In this document: piece after piece, positions 47,746 through 57,145 of the stretch | Numbering within the stretch: the stretch's first letter is position 1 | Layout of the letters: every line of letters starts with the position of its first letter | Virus record (IMG/VR): IMGVR_UViG_3300005805_000060 | Location: 24,461 to 88,460 of that record | Length of the DNA: 64,000 nt | Source of the DNA: a virus | Taxonomy: Duplodnaviria > Caudoviricetes | Strand: one strand, 5' to 3' | Made by a program: the position numbers and the translations under genes | The notes under the pieces: generated by a model | Told to the model about the DNA's origin: nothing | The model's input: the letters and a program-made list of their open reading frames with translations, nothing else | Database searches by the model: none

Positions 47746-48093
47746 ATGAGCCGACCTATTTGTCAAGCCTGTCAACAGAGACCCTGTGCTATAAACTACC
47801 ATCGAGACGGCCAGGTGCACTATCGCAAGCGTTGTGAAAATTGCCAACGTAGAAATCGAGCCATGAAGCCGCACCAACCTCGTTGGGCAACAGCAGGATA
47901 CCGTAAAAAGATGTCGTGTGATCTCTGTGGGTTCCGAGCACGAGTCAGTGCCCAGATCATGGTCTATCACATAGACGGCAGACTCGCAAATTGCGAGCCC
48001 AAGAATCTACGCAGTGTGTGTCAAAACTGCGCGATTGAAGTGGCTAGGGGAGATCTTCCTTGGAAGAACGAAGGCCTTGAACCAGATCGTTGA
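47746..48093 (+). CDS. HNH endonuclease with zinc ribbons
   Basis: CQAC, CENC, CDLC...HIDG..NC..NL..VCQNC. TAAATA lies 5 nt before the ATG at 47746. Confidence 0.75.
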   Translation: MSRPICQACQQRPCAINYHRDGQVHYRKRCENCQRRNRAMKPHQPRWATAGYRKKMSCDLCGFRARVSAQIMVYHIDGRLANCEPKNLRSVCQNCAIEVARGDLPWKNEGLEPDR

Positions 48094-48673
48094 CTGCTAC
48101 ATAAAGCTCGTCAAGAGTACCGTTGTTGAAAATCATACGGTCAAACCCAGTAGAGACCCAACTCCACTCGCTGATGTGTACTTGAGGATAGAGCTCAGGC
48201 ATGACATCAGGATTGGCTGCTGCAACAGCCCACCACTCAGGCATGTCCCCCCGTGTTACACATATCACACTGCCGCCGGCAGCACGTATGGCTTGTATTT
48301 CGTTGGGGAAACGGCAGTCTGATATCATCACATCATCAGATTTTTGTCGTAGTTTGTTTTCTAGACTTGCCACCCAAATGTCCTCGTGAAACCCGTGACG
48401 CAGAACTTCAGTTCCCCAATTCTGTAGTACCCAACGAGGAGTAAGACTGAGAATTTGCAAACGATGAGACCACCAAGGGTCTATCTGTTCACGCCATTCT
48501 CTGCTGCTGCGAGTACGGCCTTCCAGCATGTCTCGATCCCAGCCAAACACTGCACTCACAGCATCTTTGAGACTGGCAGCAAAACTGTCACGACGAAACT
48601 GATGAATATTGACCAGATAGTCCGCTATGGTATCTTTGCCCGATCCAATCAGGCCACAAACTCCAACAATCAT
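48044..48673 (-). CDS. Deoxynucleoside monophosphate kinase (T4 gp1-like)
   Basis: GLIGSGKDT, FAASLKD, PRWVLQ.WGTEV.R, ISDCRFPNE, HISE. Confidence 0.9.
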   Translation of the reverse strand: MIVGVCGLIGSGKDTIADYLVNIHQFRRDSFAASLKDAVSAVFGWDRDMLEGRTRSSREWREQIDPWWSHRLQILSLTPRWVLQNWGTEVLRHGFHEDIWVASLENKLRQKSDDVMISDCRFPNEIQAIRAAGGSVICVTRGDMPEWWAVAAANPDVMPELYPQVHISEWSWVSTGFDRMIFNNGTLDELYVAVNDLVQGLRSSKEDLP

Positions 48674-49191
48674 CGCAATTCCTTTATCTTGAAGTATTCC
48701 ATGATATCCCAGACCAGAGCAATTTGACAGCAGCAATCTTCTAGAGCATTGTGTGTGGCCGGATAGCGAGCAAGATTGGGTGCCAATCCAAACAGGGTGC
48801 GACTGTCACGCACCGAAAAATATTTCCAAGGCAAGGCCATGTTGAGGCTCTTGTAGGCATGCTCAAGGATATTCATGTCATAAGTGGGCCCTTGAGCCCA
48901 CACGCGTCGCGAGTGCCAGATCATTTTTGTTAGGCCTTCAAGACAGGTGCGAAGCGGTAGACGATCCTGTTCATGGAACGCTTCTTCACGTGCTGCTGCT
49001 GGCTGGGTGGCCCACCATTCCACAGTGCCCTGCTCAATTCTGCGATCAGCCTGACTTTCCATATCCACACGCACGTAGAACTGGCGCCCTAGACAATCAC
49101 GCACTAGCGGATCAAATTCCACTGCGGCAATGGTCAGGATAGTGGCATCTGGCCCTGTGGCCAGTCCTTCAATATCGATCATGTAGTCCAT
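48670..49191 (-). CDS. DEDDh 3'-5' exonuclease
   Basis: MIDIEGL, WAQG..YD..IL, RDSRT, HNALEDC. Confidence 0.85.
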   Translation of the reverse strand: MDYMIDIEGLATGPDATILTIAAVEFDPLVRDCLGRQFYVRVDMESQADRRIEQGTVEWWATQPAAAREEAFHEQDRLPLRTCLEGLTKMIWHSRRVWAQGPTYDMNILEHAYKSLNMALPWKYFSVRDSRTLFGLAPNLARYPATHNALEDCCCQIALVWDIMEYFKIKELR

Positions 49192-49196
49192 TCAAG

Positions 49197-49225
49197 ATTA
49201 TAGCACGGACTGACTAGAAAATCAA
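49197..49225 (-). promoter_or_regulatory. Sigma70-type promoter, probably leaderless
   Basis: TTGATT-N17-TATAAT, 5 nt before the ATG at 49191. Confidence 0.7.
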
Positions 49226-49234
49226 GCTGATTGC

Positions 49235-50005
49235 TTATCCAATAACCCAAGTAAGAGGGGCGCTGGCGTCCACATAGTTCTTGAGTTGCTCGATCAGAGC
49301 ATCCATTTGAGTCTGCGCTTCGCTCTTCATGGCAGTGCCGTTGAGGCTACCACCGCCCTGGGGACCAGCTATGGTTGCAAATTTCTCGCGAGCTTCGCCT
49401 ATGATCATCTTGCAGTTAGCCACCATGTAATCGCGTATCCACTGAGATATCTGCATGTCTGAAAGGAGATTGACCTCAGGTTTGAGGTTGTAGGTCCATA
49501 GCAGCACCGCCTCGTTAGAGCTCTTGGGATCGCGCACCAGTTGCAGCTTCTTGGTCACGGGATTGAAGGTGTAGTTCATGTAGGCACCAAACATGCGACC
49601 GGCCAGTTCCACATATTGGCTGTAGAAGTCGTAAGTGGCAAGTCCACCAGCCACGTTGAAGTTCATGAGGTACACATTCAAGCTGGCCTGGGCAAACGGG
49701 TCAAAATTGCTGGCGAAAGGACCAGTAGAATCACCAAATGTACGACGAAATATCTGGCGCACACTCATGACCTCTTGCGGTAGCTGATAGATGTTTTCGT
49801 CCTTGATCAGGTACATGAAACTGTAGCTTTCCTCGTAGGCATTCTGGGCACGTTGCCGATATGTGCCCAGAGTCTTTTGATAAGCAGCCTCGTAGTGCGC
49901 AGGGTCCAGTTCTAGATCAATGATCTCATCGCCCAACTGAAGTCGCACATAATCCACGAGACTCTGTTTGAGGGTAGCTAAAGTGTCTTGTTGCTGCTCG
50001 GCCAT
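49235..50005 (-). CDS. Neck protein (T4 gp13-like)
   Basis: LG...ID.ELD..HY, IG..R.KF..I.GP.GG..LNG. Confidence 0.8.
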   Translation of the reverse strand: MAEQQQDTLATLKQSLVDYVRLQLGDEIIDLELDPAHYEAAYQKTLGTYRQRAQNAYEESYSFMYLIKDENIYQLPQEVMSVRQIFRRTFGDSTGPFASNFDPFAQASLNVYLMNFNVAGGLATYDFYSQYVELAGRMFGAYMNYTFNPVTKKLQLVRDPKSSNEAVLLWTYNLKPEVNLLSDMQISQWIRDYMVANCKMIIGEAREKFATIAGPQGGGSLNGTAMKSEAQTQMDALIEQLKNYVDASAPLTWVIG

Positions 50006-50049
50006 TTGGGGGCTCCTTGCTGATATTTAGCTCAGAGCCCCACCAGGCA

Positions 50050-51213
50050 CTACCGCACCTTGAGCAGGACCATGTGCTCATTGCCACGTCCGTTGAACTT
50101 GGTCTCGGTACTACGAATGTCCTTGAACAGCTTGCGAGCTGCCGGGGCACCTGCACTCATGATCGCTTTGATCTGCTCCTTGGGCTTACGCAGAGTCTTG
50201 CGCACGCTCTTGTTGGGATCAAACCCAATCAAGGCACTGCCCTTGACCGTGAACGACCCTGACAGATCCTCGTGCACTACGTAGATCAGCTTGCGTTGCT
50301 TGCTATCGTAGAGCCAGGCTTCTTGAGCATCTACCAGCTGAGTAACAGGCACAGATTTCAGACCCAGTTCTGTGAACTCACGCAGGAACTTGAAGCGCAC
50401 CGTGAGCTTTTCGGGGCTTACAGGCTTTTTCTTGCGCGGCTTGCGCTCCACTTTCTTGACCTGCACATAACTGGCACAGTCTGCAACCACCTGCTCAGCG
50501 AACTTGAGCATGTTGCGCAGCTGAATCTTGTTGCGATGACTGTAGCCTTCGACCAAGTCGGGATCTTTGCCCTTGGTGGCCTGATTCAGCTCGTCAGACA
50601 CACGGCGCCAGTGCTCACTGATGTCACTGACCATCTGGGGAGCCACGTTGAACGTGCGCAACACATCGATGGGCTTGAACCCCACAATCGAACGCCCACC
50701 AGCAGCCAGCATGTCGTCAAACATGCCTTCAATCTCGCCGCCGGCTTCTTTGATCTTTTCCCGCAGGCGGTCCTGGATCGTGACTTTAGGTACTTCTGAT
50801 TTTTTGGGCTCAATGGCAACATCGTCCGCAGGGTCAACCGGCGTCTGAGTCAGGTACTGTTGAATACGATCAGCCATGTATTGCTTTTCTCGGTCGTTCA
50901 AGACCCAGCCCACTTCGGTCATGCGAGCCAGCCAGCCCGGGGTGGTAACAAACGCCCGATCCGGGCACTGCGCCACGCGCCGGCAATCTGTGGACGGAAA
51001 GCCAGTGCGACTCATCCAGCTGATGGTAAACTGTTTGGCTTCCTTGTTGTCGCAGAAATAGTTGTACCAAGCAAAGGCCCGAGTCTGCGCCATGAGTCGT
51101 GCTTCAGGCACAGGCATTTGGCTCCAGGTGGGTTCGTTGCCTAGATACTTGGTGTCCGGATTGCGCAATGCCAAGGGTTTGACCACATTGATTTCTGCCG
51201 ATTTGCGTTTCAT
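50050..51213 (-). CDS. Hypothetical protein under an early promoter
   Basis: 387 aa, strong GC3 bias, AGGAG SD, ending LNGR-like FNGRGNEHMVLLK. Confidence 0.75.
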   Translation of the reverse strand: MKRKSAEINVVKPLALRNPDTKYLGNEPTWSQMPVPEARLMAQTRAFAWYNYFCDNKEAKQFTISWMSRTGFPSTDCRRVAQCPDRAFVTTPGWLARMTEVGWVLNDREKQYMADRIQQYLTQTPVDPADDVAIEPKKSEVPKVTIQDRLREKIKEAGGEIEGMFDDMLAAGGRSIVGFKPIDVLRTFNVAPQMVSDISEHWRRVSDELNQATKGKDPDLVEGYSHRNKIQLRNMLKFAEQVVADCASYVQVKKVERKPRKKKPVSPEKLTVRFKFLREFTELGLKSVPVTQLVDAQEAWLYDSKQRKLIYVVHEDLSGSFTVKGSALIGFDPNKSVRKTLRKPKEQIKAIMSAGAPAARKLFKDIRSTETKFNGRGNEHMVLLKVR

Positions 51214-51482
51214 TCAGGCTCCTTAAGCAACAGGGCTAGTATAACATGACCTTCAAAATTGGTCAAGGCTTCCCGTATCTGCACAATCAGCTGCTCAAAC
51301 CGTGGAGACACAAAATTACGCCGACGGCAAACCACACGTTCCTGATCTGCCAGGCGCAGGAGATCTTCCACAGCTCGAGCCATGCGGATACAGTCCATTC
51401 GCATCCGGCGCGGCACACGGTTTATCTTGATTGAGGCAGTGTAAAATCGAGCATTGAGCTCGTCCCACTCTTCTAGCTTCAT
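51210..51482 (-). CDS. Small hypothetical protein
   Basis: The likely start is ATG 51482 (MKLEEW), 6 nt after a TATAAT. Confidence 0.6.
   Translation of the reverse strand: MKLEEWDELNARFYTASIKINRVPRRMRMDCIRMARAVEDLLRLADQERVVCRRRNFVSPRFEQLIVQIREALTNFEGHVILALLLKEPE
51238..51266 (-). promoter_or_regulatory. Sigma70-type early promoter
   Basis: TTGACC-N17-TATACT. Confidence 0.7.
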
Positions 51483-51488
51483 TTCACT

Positions 51489-51517
51489 ATTATATAGCAT
51501 CAAAATTTTCTAGTCAA
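51489..51517 (-). promoter_or_regulatory. Sigma70-type promoter, probably leaderless
   Basis: GG-TTGACT-N17-TATAAT. Confidence 0.75.
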
Positions 51518-51538
51518 CCGGCCCATAAATACTGCACT

Positions 51539-52912
51539 ATGCCCAGACTTTCGCTATATAGACCTAATCGCACCCGTGATTACCAGTATCTAGACCGCAT
51601 CATCAGTGAGAGGTACACCGTTGGTGGACTAGATGTATATTGCCACAAGTATCTAGGTCCCCAAACCGGGGGCGAGGACTCGGCCTTGAGCGGTAATGCT
51701 GATGCCACACAACCTGTGTACGAAACACAAAGTCCCTTGAACATCCAGGATCTGCTGCTGCTGGAAAATCGAGATCGTGTGTACGACCAAGACATCTATG
51801 TCATGCGCGGAGTCTACAATCAGCAAGACATTGACTTTGATCTCACGCAGTTTGGTCTATTTCTCAACAATGATACCCTGTTCATCACGTTTCACTTCAA
51901 TAACATGATTGACACATTTGGTCGCAAGCTCATGAGCGGTGACGTGCTAGAAATGCCCAATCTCCGAGACTACTATCCGCTCAACTCTGCCACTCCCGAA
52001 GCCTTGCCCAAGTATTACGTGATCCAAGATGCCAACTATGCCAGTGAGGGATTCAGCCAGACATGGTTACCCCATGTTTGGCGTGTGAAAGCTACACCAT
52101 TAACAAACGCCCAGGAATACAAGGACATACTCAAGAAGCCCATGGTCAACAGCACTATCTGGGACGCAGACAACTACTATCCCCAGGGCAGTGTGGTAAA
52201 CTACAACAATGTCTACTATCGGACTGTCAAAAACACCCCGGCAGATATTGACATTACCAATACTGAATACTGGACAGAATACACGCCGGGTACACAAAAC
52301 GAACTCATGACTACCCGAATCAAGGATCAAGAGATCAACAATGCCATACTCACGCAAGCCGATATAGAAGTACCGGCTTCGGGATATGACGTACAGAACT
52401 ACTACATCACAACCACACTAGAGAATGGCCGGCCGGCCAACCCTGATACATTAACCGCAGATTCAGCTACCACAGTAGACGGAACACAGGGCGGCATGAA
52501 CGTCACACCCCGGTCTGATGGATACACCGTGGGGTATCTTACCGGGGACGGTGTTCCGCCCAACGGGTTGCCCTGCGGAGTAGGTACCACGTTTCCGCTG
52601 GGATCAGTACCTGGAGATTTTTTTCTGCGATTGGATTATTTTCCCAATCGCCTGTTCCGTTTCAATGGTACTCGATGGATCCGTGTTGAGGACAAGGTAC
52701 AAACCAATCTCAACAACGGCAGCACCAATGACACCTTGCGCAGCACGTTTGTGAACAATACCTATACCACACCCACTACAGACCAGGGCAATATACCCAG
52801 TCGCCAGAGTCTCAGTGATGTTCTCCGACCGCGTGCCGACAATGGCAGTGAAGGTGGTTTCTTTCCAGCCAAGCCCTATCCCAACACTCAACCAGGCAGG
52901 AAATCAAGTTAA
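51539..52912 (+). CDS. Neck/head-closure protein (T4 gp14-like)
   Basis: DLLLLENRDR.YD, DL.QFG, GD..E.P, F...W...W. TAAATA lies 7 nt before the ATG. Confidence 0.7.
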   Translation: MPRLSLYRPNRTRDYQYLDRIISERYTVGGLDVYCHKYLGPQTGGEDSALSGNADATQPVYETQSPLNIQDLLLLENRDRVYDQDIYVMRGVYNQQDIDFDLTQFGLFLNNDTLFITFHFNNMIDTFGRKLMSGDVLEMPNLRDYYPLNSATPEALPKYYVIQDANYASEGFSQTWLPHVWRVKATPLTNAQEYKDILKKPMVNSTIWDADNYYPQGSVVNYNNVYYRTVKNTPADIDITNTEYWTEYTPGTQNELMTTRIKDQEINNAILTQADIEVPASGYDVQNYYITTTLENGRPANPDTLTADSATTVDGTQGGMNVTPRSDGYTVGYLTGDGVPPNGLPCGVGTTFPLGSVPGDFFLRLDYFPNRLFRFNGTRWIRVEDKVQTNLNNGSTNDTLRSTFVNNTYTTPTTDQGNIPSRQSLSDVLRPRADNGSEGGFFPAKPYPNTQPGRKSS

Positions 52913-52914
52913 TC

Positions 52915-52947
52915 ATGACACAGCAATTTTTTTATGATGAGTCATAA
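52915..52947 (+). pseudogene. Orphaned original 5' end of gp15 (MTQQFFYDES*)
   Basis: Matches IQSFFYDD at the start of the gp15 body after the endonuclease gene. Its stop is the TAA of a TAAATA element. Confidence 0.75.
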
Positions 52948-52955
52948 ATAAACAC

Positions 52956-53480
52956 ATGCATATATACAGAATTACTAATATCGTCAATAACAAAATGTAC
53001 ATTGGACAAACCATACAAAAAAATCCTAAGATGCGTTGGTATGATCATTGTGCTAGAACTAGAAATGGACAACACAATCATCTATACAATAGTATGAGAT
53101 TGTACGGCGTTGATAAGTTTGTTTGGGAAGTAATTGATTCGGCCACTAGTCTCGATGAATTGAATACTAAAGAACAATATTGGCTAGATGAGTATAGAAA
53201 AACTACCGAAGTTTATAATCTCAGAGAAGCCGGAAATAATAAAACTCATAGCGAGCAGTCTAAAGAAAAAATGAAAGAGTCTCAGAGACAGGCCCATGCT
53301 CGTAGACGAGCCAAAGGTACTGATACCTGGGTCCGTCGAGATGGCGGTGCTATGAAGGGGAAATCACACCCTAAAAAAGGTAAACCAAGTAAAAAATGGA
53401 GCGACGAAGCTAAAGCTCGATTATCATTGATTGTTAAAGAACGCGAAGCAAGAAAAAAACTTGCCGCCAGGGAGAATTAA
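52956..53480 (+). CDS. GIY-YIG homing endonuclease with NUMOD3-like tail
   Basis: HIYRITNIVNNKMYIGQT, R..H, E..W, YN, HSEQSKEKMKES. AT-rich. Confidence 0.9.
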   Translation: MHIYRITNIVNNKMYIGQTIQKNPKMRWYDHCARTRNGQHNHLYNSMRLYGVDKFVWEVIDSATSLDELNTKEQYWLDEYRKTTEVYNLREAGNNKTHSEQSKEKMKESQRQAHARRRAKGTDTWVRRDGGAMKGKSHPKKGKPSKKWSDEAKARLSLIVKEREARKKLAAREN

Positions 53481-53481
53481 A

Positions 53482-54891
53482 ATTCAAAGTTTTTTTTACG
53501 ACGATCAAATACGCCGTTTCCTCCTGCAATTCACCCGCGTTATTTCAGGATTCCAGGTTGAATACGGTCGAGACAGTGCAGACCCCAGCCGGATGGCCCT
53601 GTTGCGGGTTCCTGTACGCTATGGCGATGCTACTCGTAACGCCCAGACCATCATACAGGAAAACTCGGCCAACAACCTGCCCAGTACACCCTTGATGACA
53701 TTCTACATCAATGCTCTAGATTATGATCGTCCACGCATGCAAGAGCCTTACCATGTGAACAAGGTGTCTGTGCGACAGCGCACCTATGATTCTGCTACTG
53801 AAACCTATGAGACCACACAGGGCAATGCGTTTACAGTAGAACGTTTGATGCCGGTGCCTTACAAGTTAGGCATCACACTGGATATTTGGACGTCAAACAC
53901 CAATCAGAAATTTCAGCTGTTAGAGCAGATGCTGACTCTATTCAATCCCAGTCTGGAAGTACAGAGCACGGACAATTTTTTAGACTGGACCAGCCTCTCT
54001 GTGATCGAACTCGAAAGCACTCAGTGGACCAGTCGAACCATACCGCAAGGTACAGAAAATCCCATTGACATATCCACTCTAAGATTCAGTTTACCCATTT
54101 GGATATCTAGTCCAGCCAAGGTCAAAAAACTTGGAGTGGTAGAGCGCGTGATCATGAGCATGTACGATGCTCAAGGTGACTACAACGAAGCTATTAGCAA
54201 TAATGATCTCTTGTTGGGCACCCGTGTCATGATCACGCCTTGGAACTACAAACTACTAGTGATTGAAAACTGCATACAGATACTGTATGATCCTGCAATC
54301 ATACCCAACAGCGATCTAACCAACCTTGCACCTAACGAACTTGTGGCCGATAGTCCCTTGCTATGGCCCGCTGTGATTGGCGCCTATGGCACGCTGCGGC
54401 CAGGCATCAGCCAAATACGGCTTAACTGGCCAGTTGATGACCCCGACAATCAGATCGTGGGTACTATTGTGATTGATCCCAATGATAATCGCCTGGTAAT
54501 CTATAATGTGGATCCCGACACGGCCCCACAAAACACTCTACCAGCCATAAATGCCATTATTGATCCGTTAATCAGTGCTCCTGGCAATGGATTACCCCAA
54601 CCGGTCACAGGAGTCAGATATCTCCTAACCGAAAGCACTGGTAGCTGGGCCAACTCCTACAACCCCGAGGCCTGGCTGGGCAATCTAGATCAACCTTTGG
54701 TAGCACAGGCCAATGACATAATCGAGTGGGACGGTGTTCGATGGCGGGTAACATTTGTAGCAGCCGATGAAATCAGTACTCAATACGTGACCAACATAAC
54801 TACTGGTACACAGTATGAATGGACAGGTGAAATGTGGATGAAAAGTTACCAAGGGGTGTATCCCGGCGGCACGTGGAATCTAGTGTTGTAA
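53482..54891 (+). CDS. Tail terminator / sheath stabiliser (T4 gp15-like)
   Basis: FFYDDQIRRF, RVPVRYG, LPSTP, PVPY.L..LDIWT, LEQ.L.LFNP. Start uncertain: ATT 53482 with a GGAGA SD, or TTG 53431. Confidence 0.8.
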   Translation: MQSFFYDDQIRRFLLQFTRVISGFQVEYGRDSADPSRMALLRVPVRYGDATRNAQTIIQENSANNLPSTPLMTFYINALDYDRPRMQEPYHVNKVSVRQRTYDSATETYETTQGNAFTVERLMPVPYKLGITLDIWTSNTNQKFQLLEQMLTLFNPSLEVQSTDNFLDWTSLSVIELESTQWTSRTIPQGTENPIDISTLRFSLPIWISSPAKVKKLGVVERVIMSMYDAQGDYNEAISNNDLLLGTRVMITPWNYKLLVIENCIQILYDPAIIPNSDLTNLAPNELVADSPLLWPAVIGAYGTLRPGISQIRLNWPVDDPDNQIVGTIVIDPNDNRLVIYNVDPDTAPQNTLPAINAIIDPLISAPGNGLPQPVTGVRYLLTESTGSWANSYNPEAWLGNLDQPLVAQANDIIEWDGVRWRVTFVAADEISTQYVTNITTGTQYEWTGEMWMKSYQGVYPGGTWNLVL

Positions 54892-55301
54892 GAGCTGTGG
54901 GAGTGTGGTTCCGAGCACAGAGCACGAAACGATACCTTTATCTCATGCGCAACGACCACAAACACCCACAGGTATGGGGATTGCCTGGTGGCAAGATCGA
55001 AGAGGGCGAGACACTACTGGGCGGCATAGAACGAGAGTGCGTAGAGGAACTGGGGTTCATGCCCGAGTACATCCGATTGATGCCGCTTGATCGTTTCACT
55101 TCTGCGGATCAGATGTTTGAATACAATACCTGGATTTGTGTTGTGGCCGCTGAATTCCAACCAACACTAAATCACGAACATCTAGGCTATGCCTGGATTG
55201 ACAGCAACACATGGCCTAGACCCATGCATCCTGGCCTCTGGAGCGCAGTAAACTTTGAAGCCGTACAACAGAAGCTCAAGCTGATCGAAATTGGCACCTA
55301 G
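54834..55301 (+). CDS. Nudix hydrolase
   Basis: Nudix box GGKIEEGETLLGGIERECVEELG. Start uncertain. Confidence 0.85.
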   Translation: MDEKLPRGVSRRHVESSVVRAVGVWFRAQSTKRYLYLMRNDHKHPQVWGLPGGKIEEGETLLGGIERECVEELGFMPEYIRLMPLDRFTSADQMFEYNTWICVVAAEFQPTLNHEHLGYAWIDSNTWPRPMHPGLWSAVNFEAVQQKLKLIEIGT

Positions 55302-57145
55302 TCAAAAAAGAACATGTGCCACAGTCGACTGTTTTCAGGGGTAAATCCAAAATAGCCACCTGACGCATGTAGGTAGCCTGCATTGAAGATCACCAGACGA
55401 TTGTACACGTTCCCAAACTGATCTACCATGTCAAAGGGATAACGATCAAAGTTTCTGCTACCTTCCTTGAAGCATTGCCCTATGTCAGGATGACTGATGT
55501 GTCGAATGTCGCTGTTTTTCAAAGCATAGGTATTGGTGCCTGAGTTCCAGGGCGCATCAGGCGTGAGATAGATCATGCCGGCCCAGGCCTGATGATCGCA
55601 GTGGTAGACCAAGGGTTCACCGGCACGGGCATGTTGAAACCGCCCATTCATGCCATGTTCCTGCCAGCGTGTGATGGGTCTGCCCATGATCTCTTCAAAG
55701 CGTTCCTTGAGGCCATCAAACAAGAACTGCCGCTCAGTGCGGCTGCCGATGTAGCCCTTCTCACCGTCGTGATTGATCTGGTACTCCTGCTGTAACGCAA
55801 AGTCTCTGACCCAGTCTGGATCCTGATAAAAATTATCCACGATCCAGACACCCGGCCGGGCATTGGTACTGAACATTGTGTGATTGGAGTTTTTTAACGA
55901 AACTACAGGAACAGAAGATGCTGGCACCTGAGGAAATAGATATCTATCAGCAGAACGCACTTGATCTGAGCTGACACGTAGATTGTCTCGTGTCTGCTGA
56001 GTAACTAGTTCGGGGTGCACCCACCAATCTTCATAGCTGTGTGTTTCGTCAAACGCAATATCTCCGGCCACTAACTCATAGCCCTGCTTGCGTAGATATT
56101 CACGACTGCGATCTCTAACTACGGGATCTACATAGTAATCATGCTCAAACGTGATTGCGGCAAACCTACGAGTGCTCCAAGGTATAGCAGTCAAGATACG
56201 ATAGCTGTTTTCGGCAGGATCACAGTCAATCTGCAGGTATCCAAGATCTTGTGGTGCACCGTGTTGTTGCAACACTGCTTCATAATCTGTAGTGGTAGCA
56301 TCTTGACACAACACTGGATTGCGTCTCTGCCGGGCAAAATCTGCGGCCTTGTTTGAGTCAATCTCTAGGCTCACACCATTCCATCCAAATTTAGTTTCTA
56401 GCAAGGCTGTGTTGTTGTGATAGAATGGTTCCGCGCTGCCCACTTCAAGATACCATTGATCTCGCTGACCTTGGTTAGCTGCCAGCACAAACAGATCCTG
56501 CATGCTCTGACTGTAATTTTGGTGTATCTCCTGCAGACCCAAAAATGAACATCGTATACTTGATGCCTGAGCAGGATTATAGGGCAGAGTCAGCTTGGGC
56601 CAACCACATATCTGAAGATTACGGTCGCAAGCATCGCGGTGAATAGAATCAAGAGGCCAACTGTAACGCAGGTCAAACATGATACGGCGACTTTTTTCGC
56701 ATTCTCCTACCCACCAGGCGCATACTCCTTGCTCAAATCTTATACCGTATTCACCAGGATATTCCACATTTGTGGTCAGGGGCTCATGATCCCAACGACA
56801 CATACGCAGAGCCATGGAACTCACTGTCCATCCTTCGTGATATTCTTGGCGTTTCTCGTGTGCACGAGCCAATAGATAATAGGCCTCAGGGCGATCTATC
56901 AACAGAGTCATGGCCTTTTGCAATAACACACGCTGAGTGTCATCTCGAGTGGTCTGTCTTCCAAAGCACAGTGCCATCCTCAGCAGAGCTTCATACTGAA
57001 ATTTTGGATCTTGTGCTCGTTCGGCCGTGCGCAGATAAAAACTAATGGCAGCACCGGTCTGACCTATGTTCTCGTATTCAAGGCCGAGATTAAAATTTAT
57101 TACCGGATCTTCAGGATTGTTAATGTAGGGTAGTAAGTGATTCAT
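55298..57145 (-). CDS. Fusion: TPR, FkbM-like methyltransferase, 2OG-Fe(II) oxygenase-like domain
   Basis: TPR helices; YSQSMQDLFV..LEVGSA..LQIDCD; VDNFY.DPD..HCD..YL.P..NRLVIF..H. The start at 57145 overlaps the upstream stop. Confidence 0.75.
   Translation of the reverse strand: MNHLLPYINNPEDPVINFNLGLEYENIGQTGAAISFYLRTAERAQDPKFQYEALLRMALCFGRQTTRDDTQRVLLQKAMTLLIDRPEAYYLLARAHEKRQEYHEGWTVSSMALRMCRWDHEPLTTNVEYPGEYGIRFEQGVCAWWVGECEKSRRIMFDLRYSWPLDSIHRDACDRNLQICGWPKLTLPYNPAQASSIRCSFLGLQEIHQNYSQSMQDLFVLAANQGQRDQWYLEVGSAEPFYHNNTALLETKFGWNGVSLEIDSNKAADFARQRRNPVLCQDATTTDYEAVLQQHGAPQDLGYLQIDCDPAENSYRILTAIPWSTRRFAAITFEHDYYVDPVVRDRSREYLRKQGYELVAGDIAFDETHSYEDWWVHPELVTQQTRDNLRVSSDQVRSADRYLFPQVPASSVPVVSLKNSNHTMFSTNARPGVWIVDNFYQDPDWVRDFALQQEYQINHDGEKGYIGSRTERQFLFDGLKERFEEIMGRPITRWQEHGMNGRFQHARAGEPLVYHCDHQAWAGMIYLTPDAPWNSGTNTYALKNSDIRHISHPDIGQCFKEGSRNFDRYPFDMVDQFGNVYNRLVIFNAGYLHASGGYFGFTPENSRLWHMFFFD

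Noticed and set aside
52915-53482. Group I intron in gp15
   Set aside because: Only 8 nt before and 1 nt after the endonuclease ORF are available, so there is no space for a ribozyme core, and the N-terminus is duplicated rather than simply interrupted.
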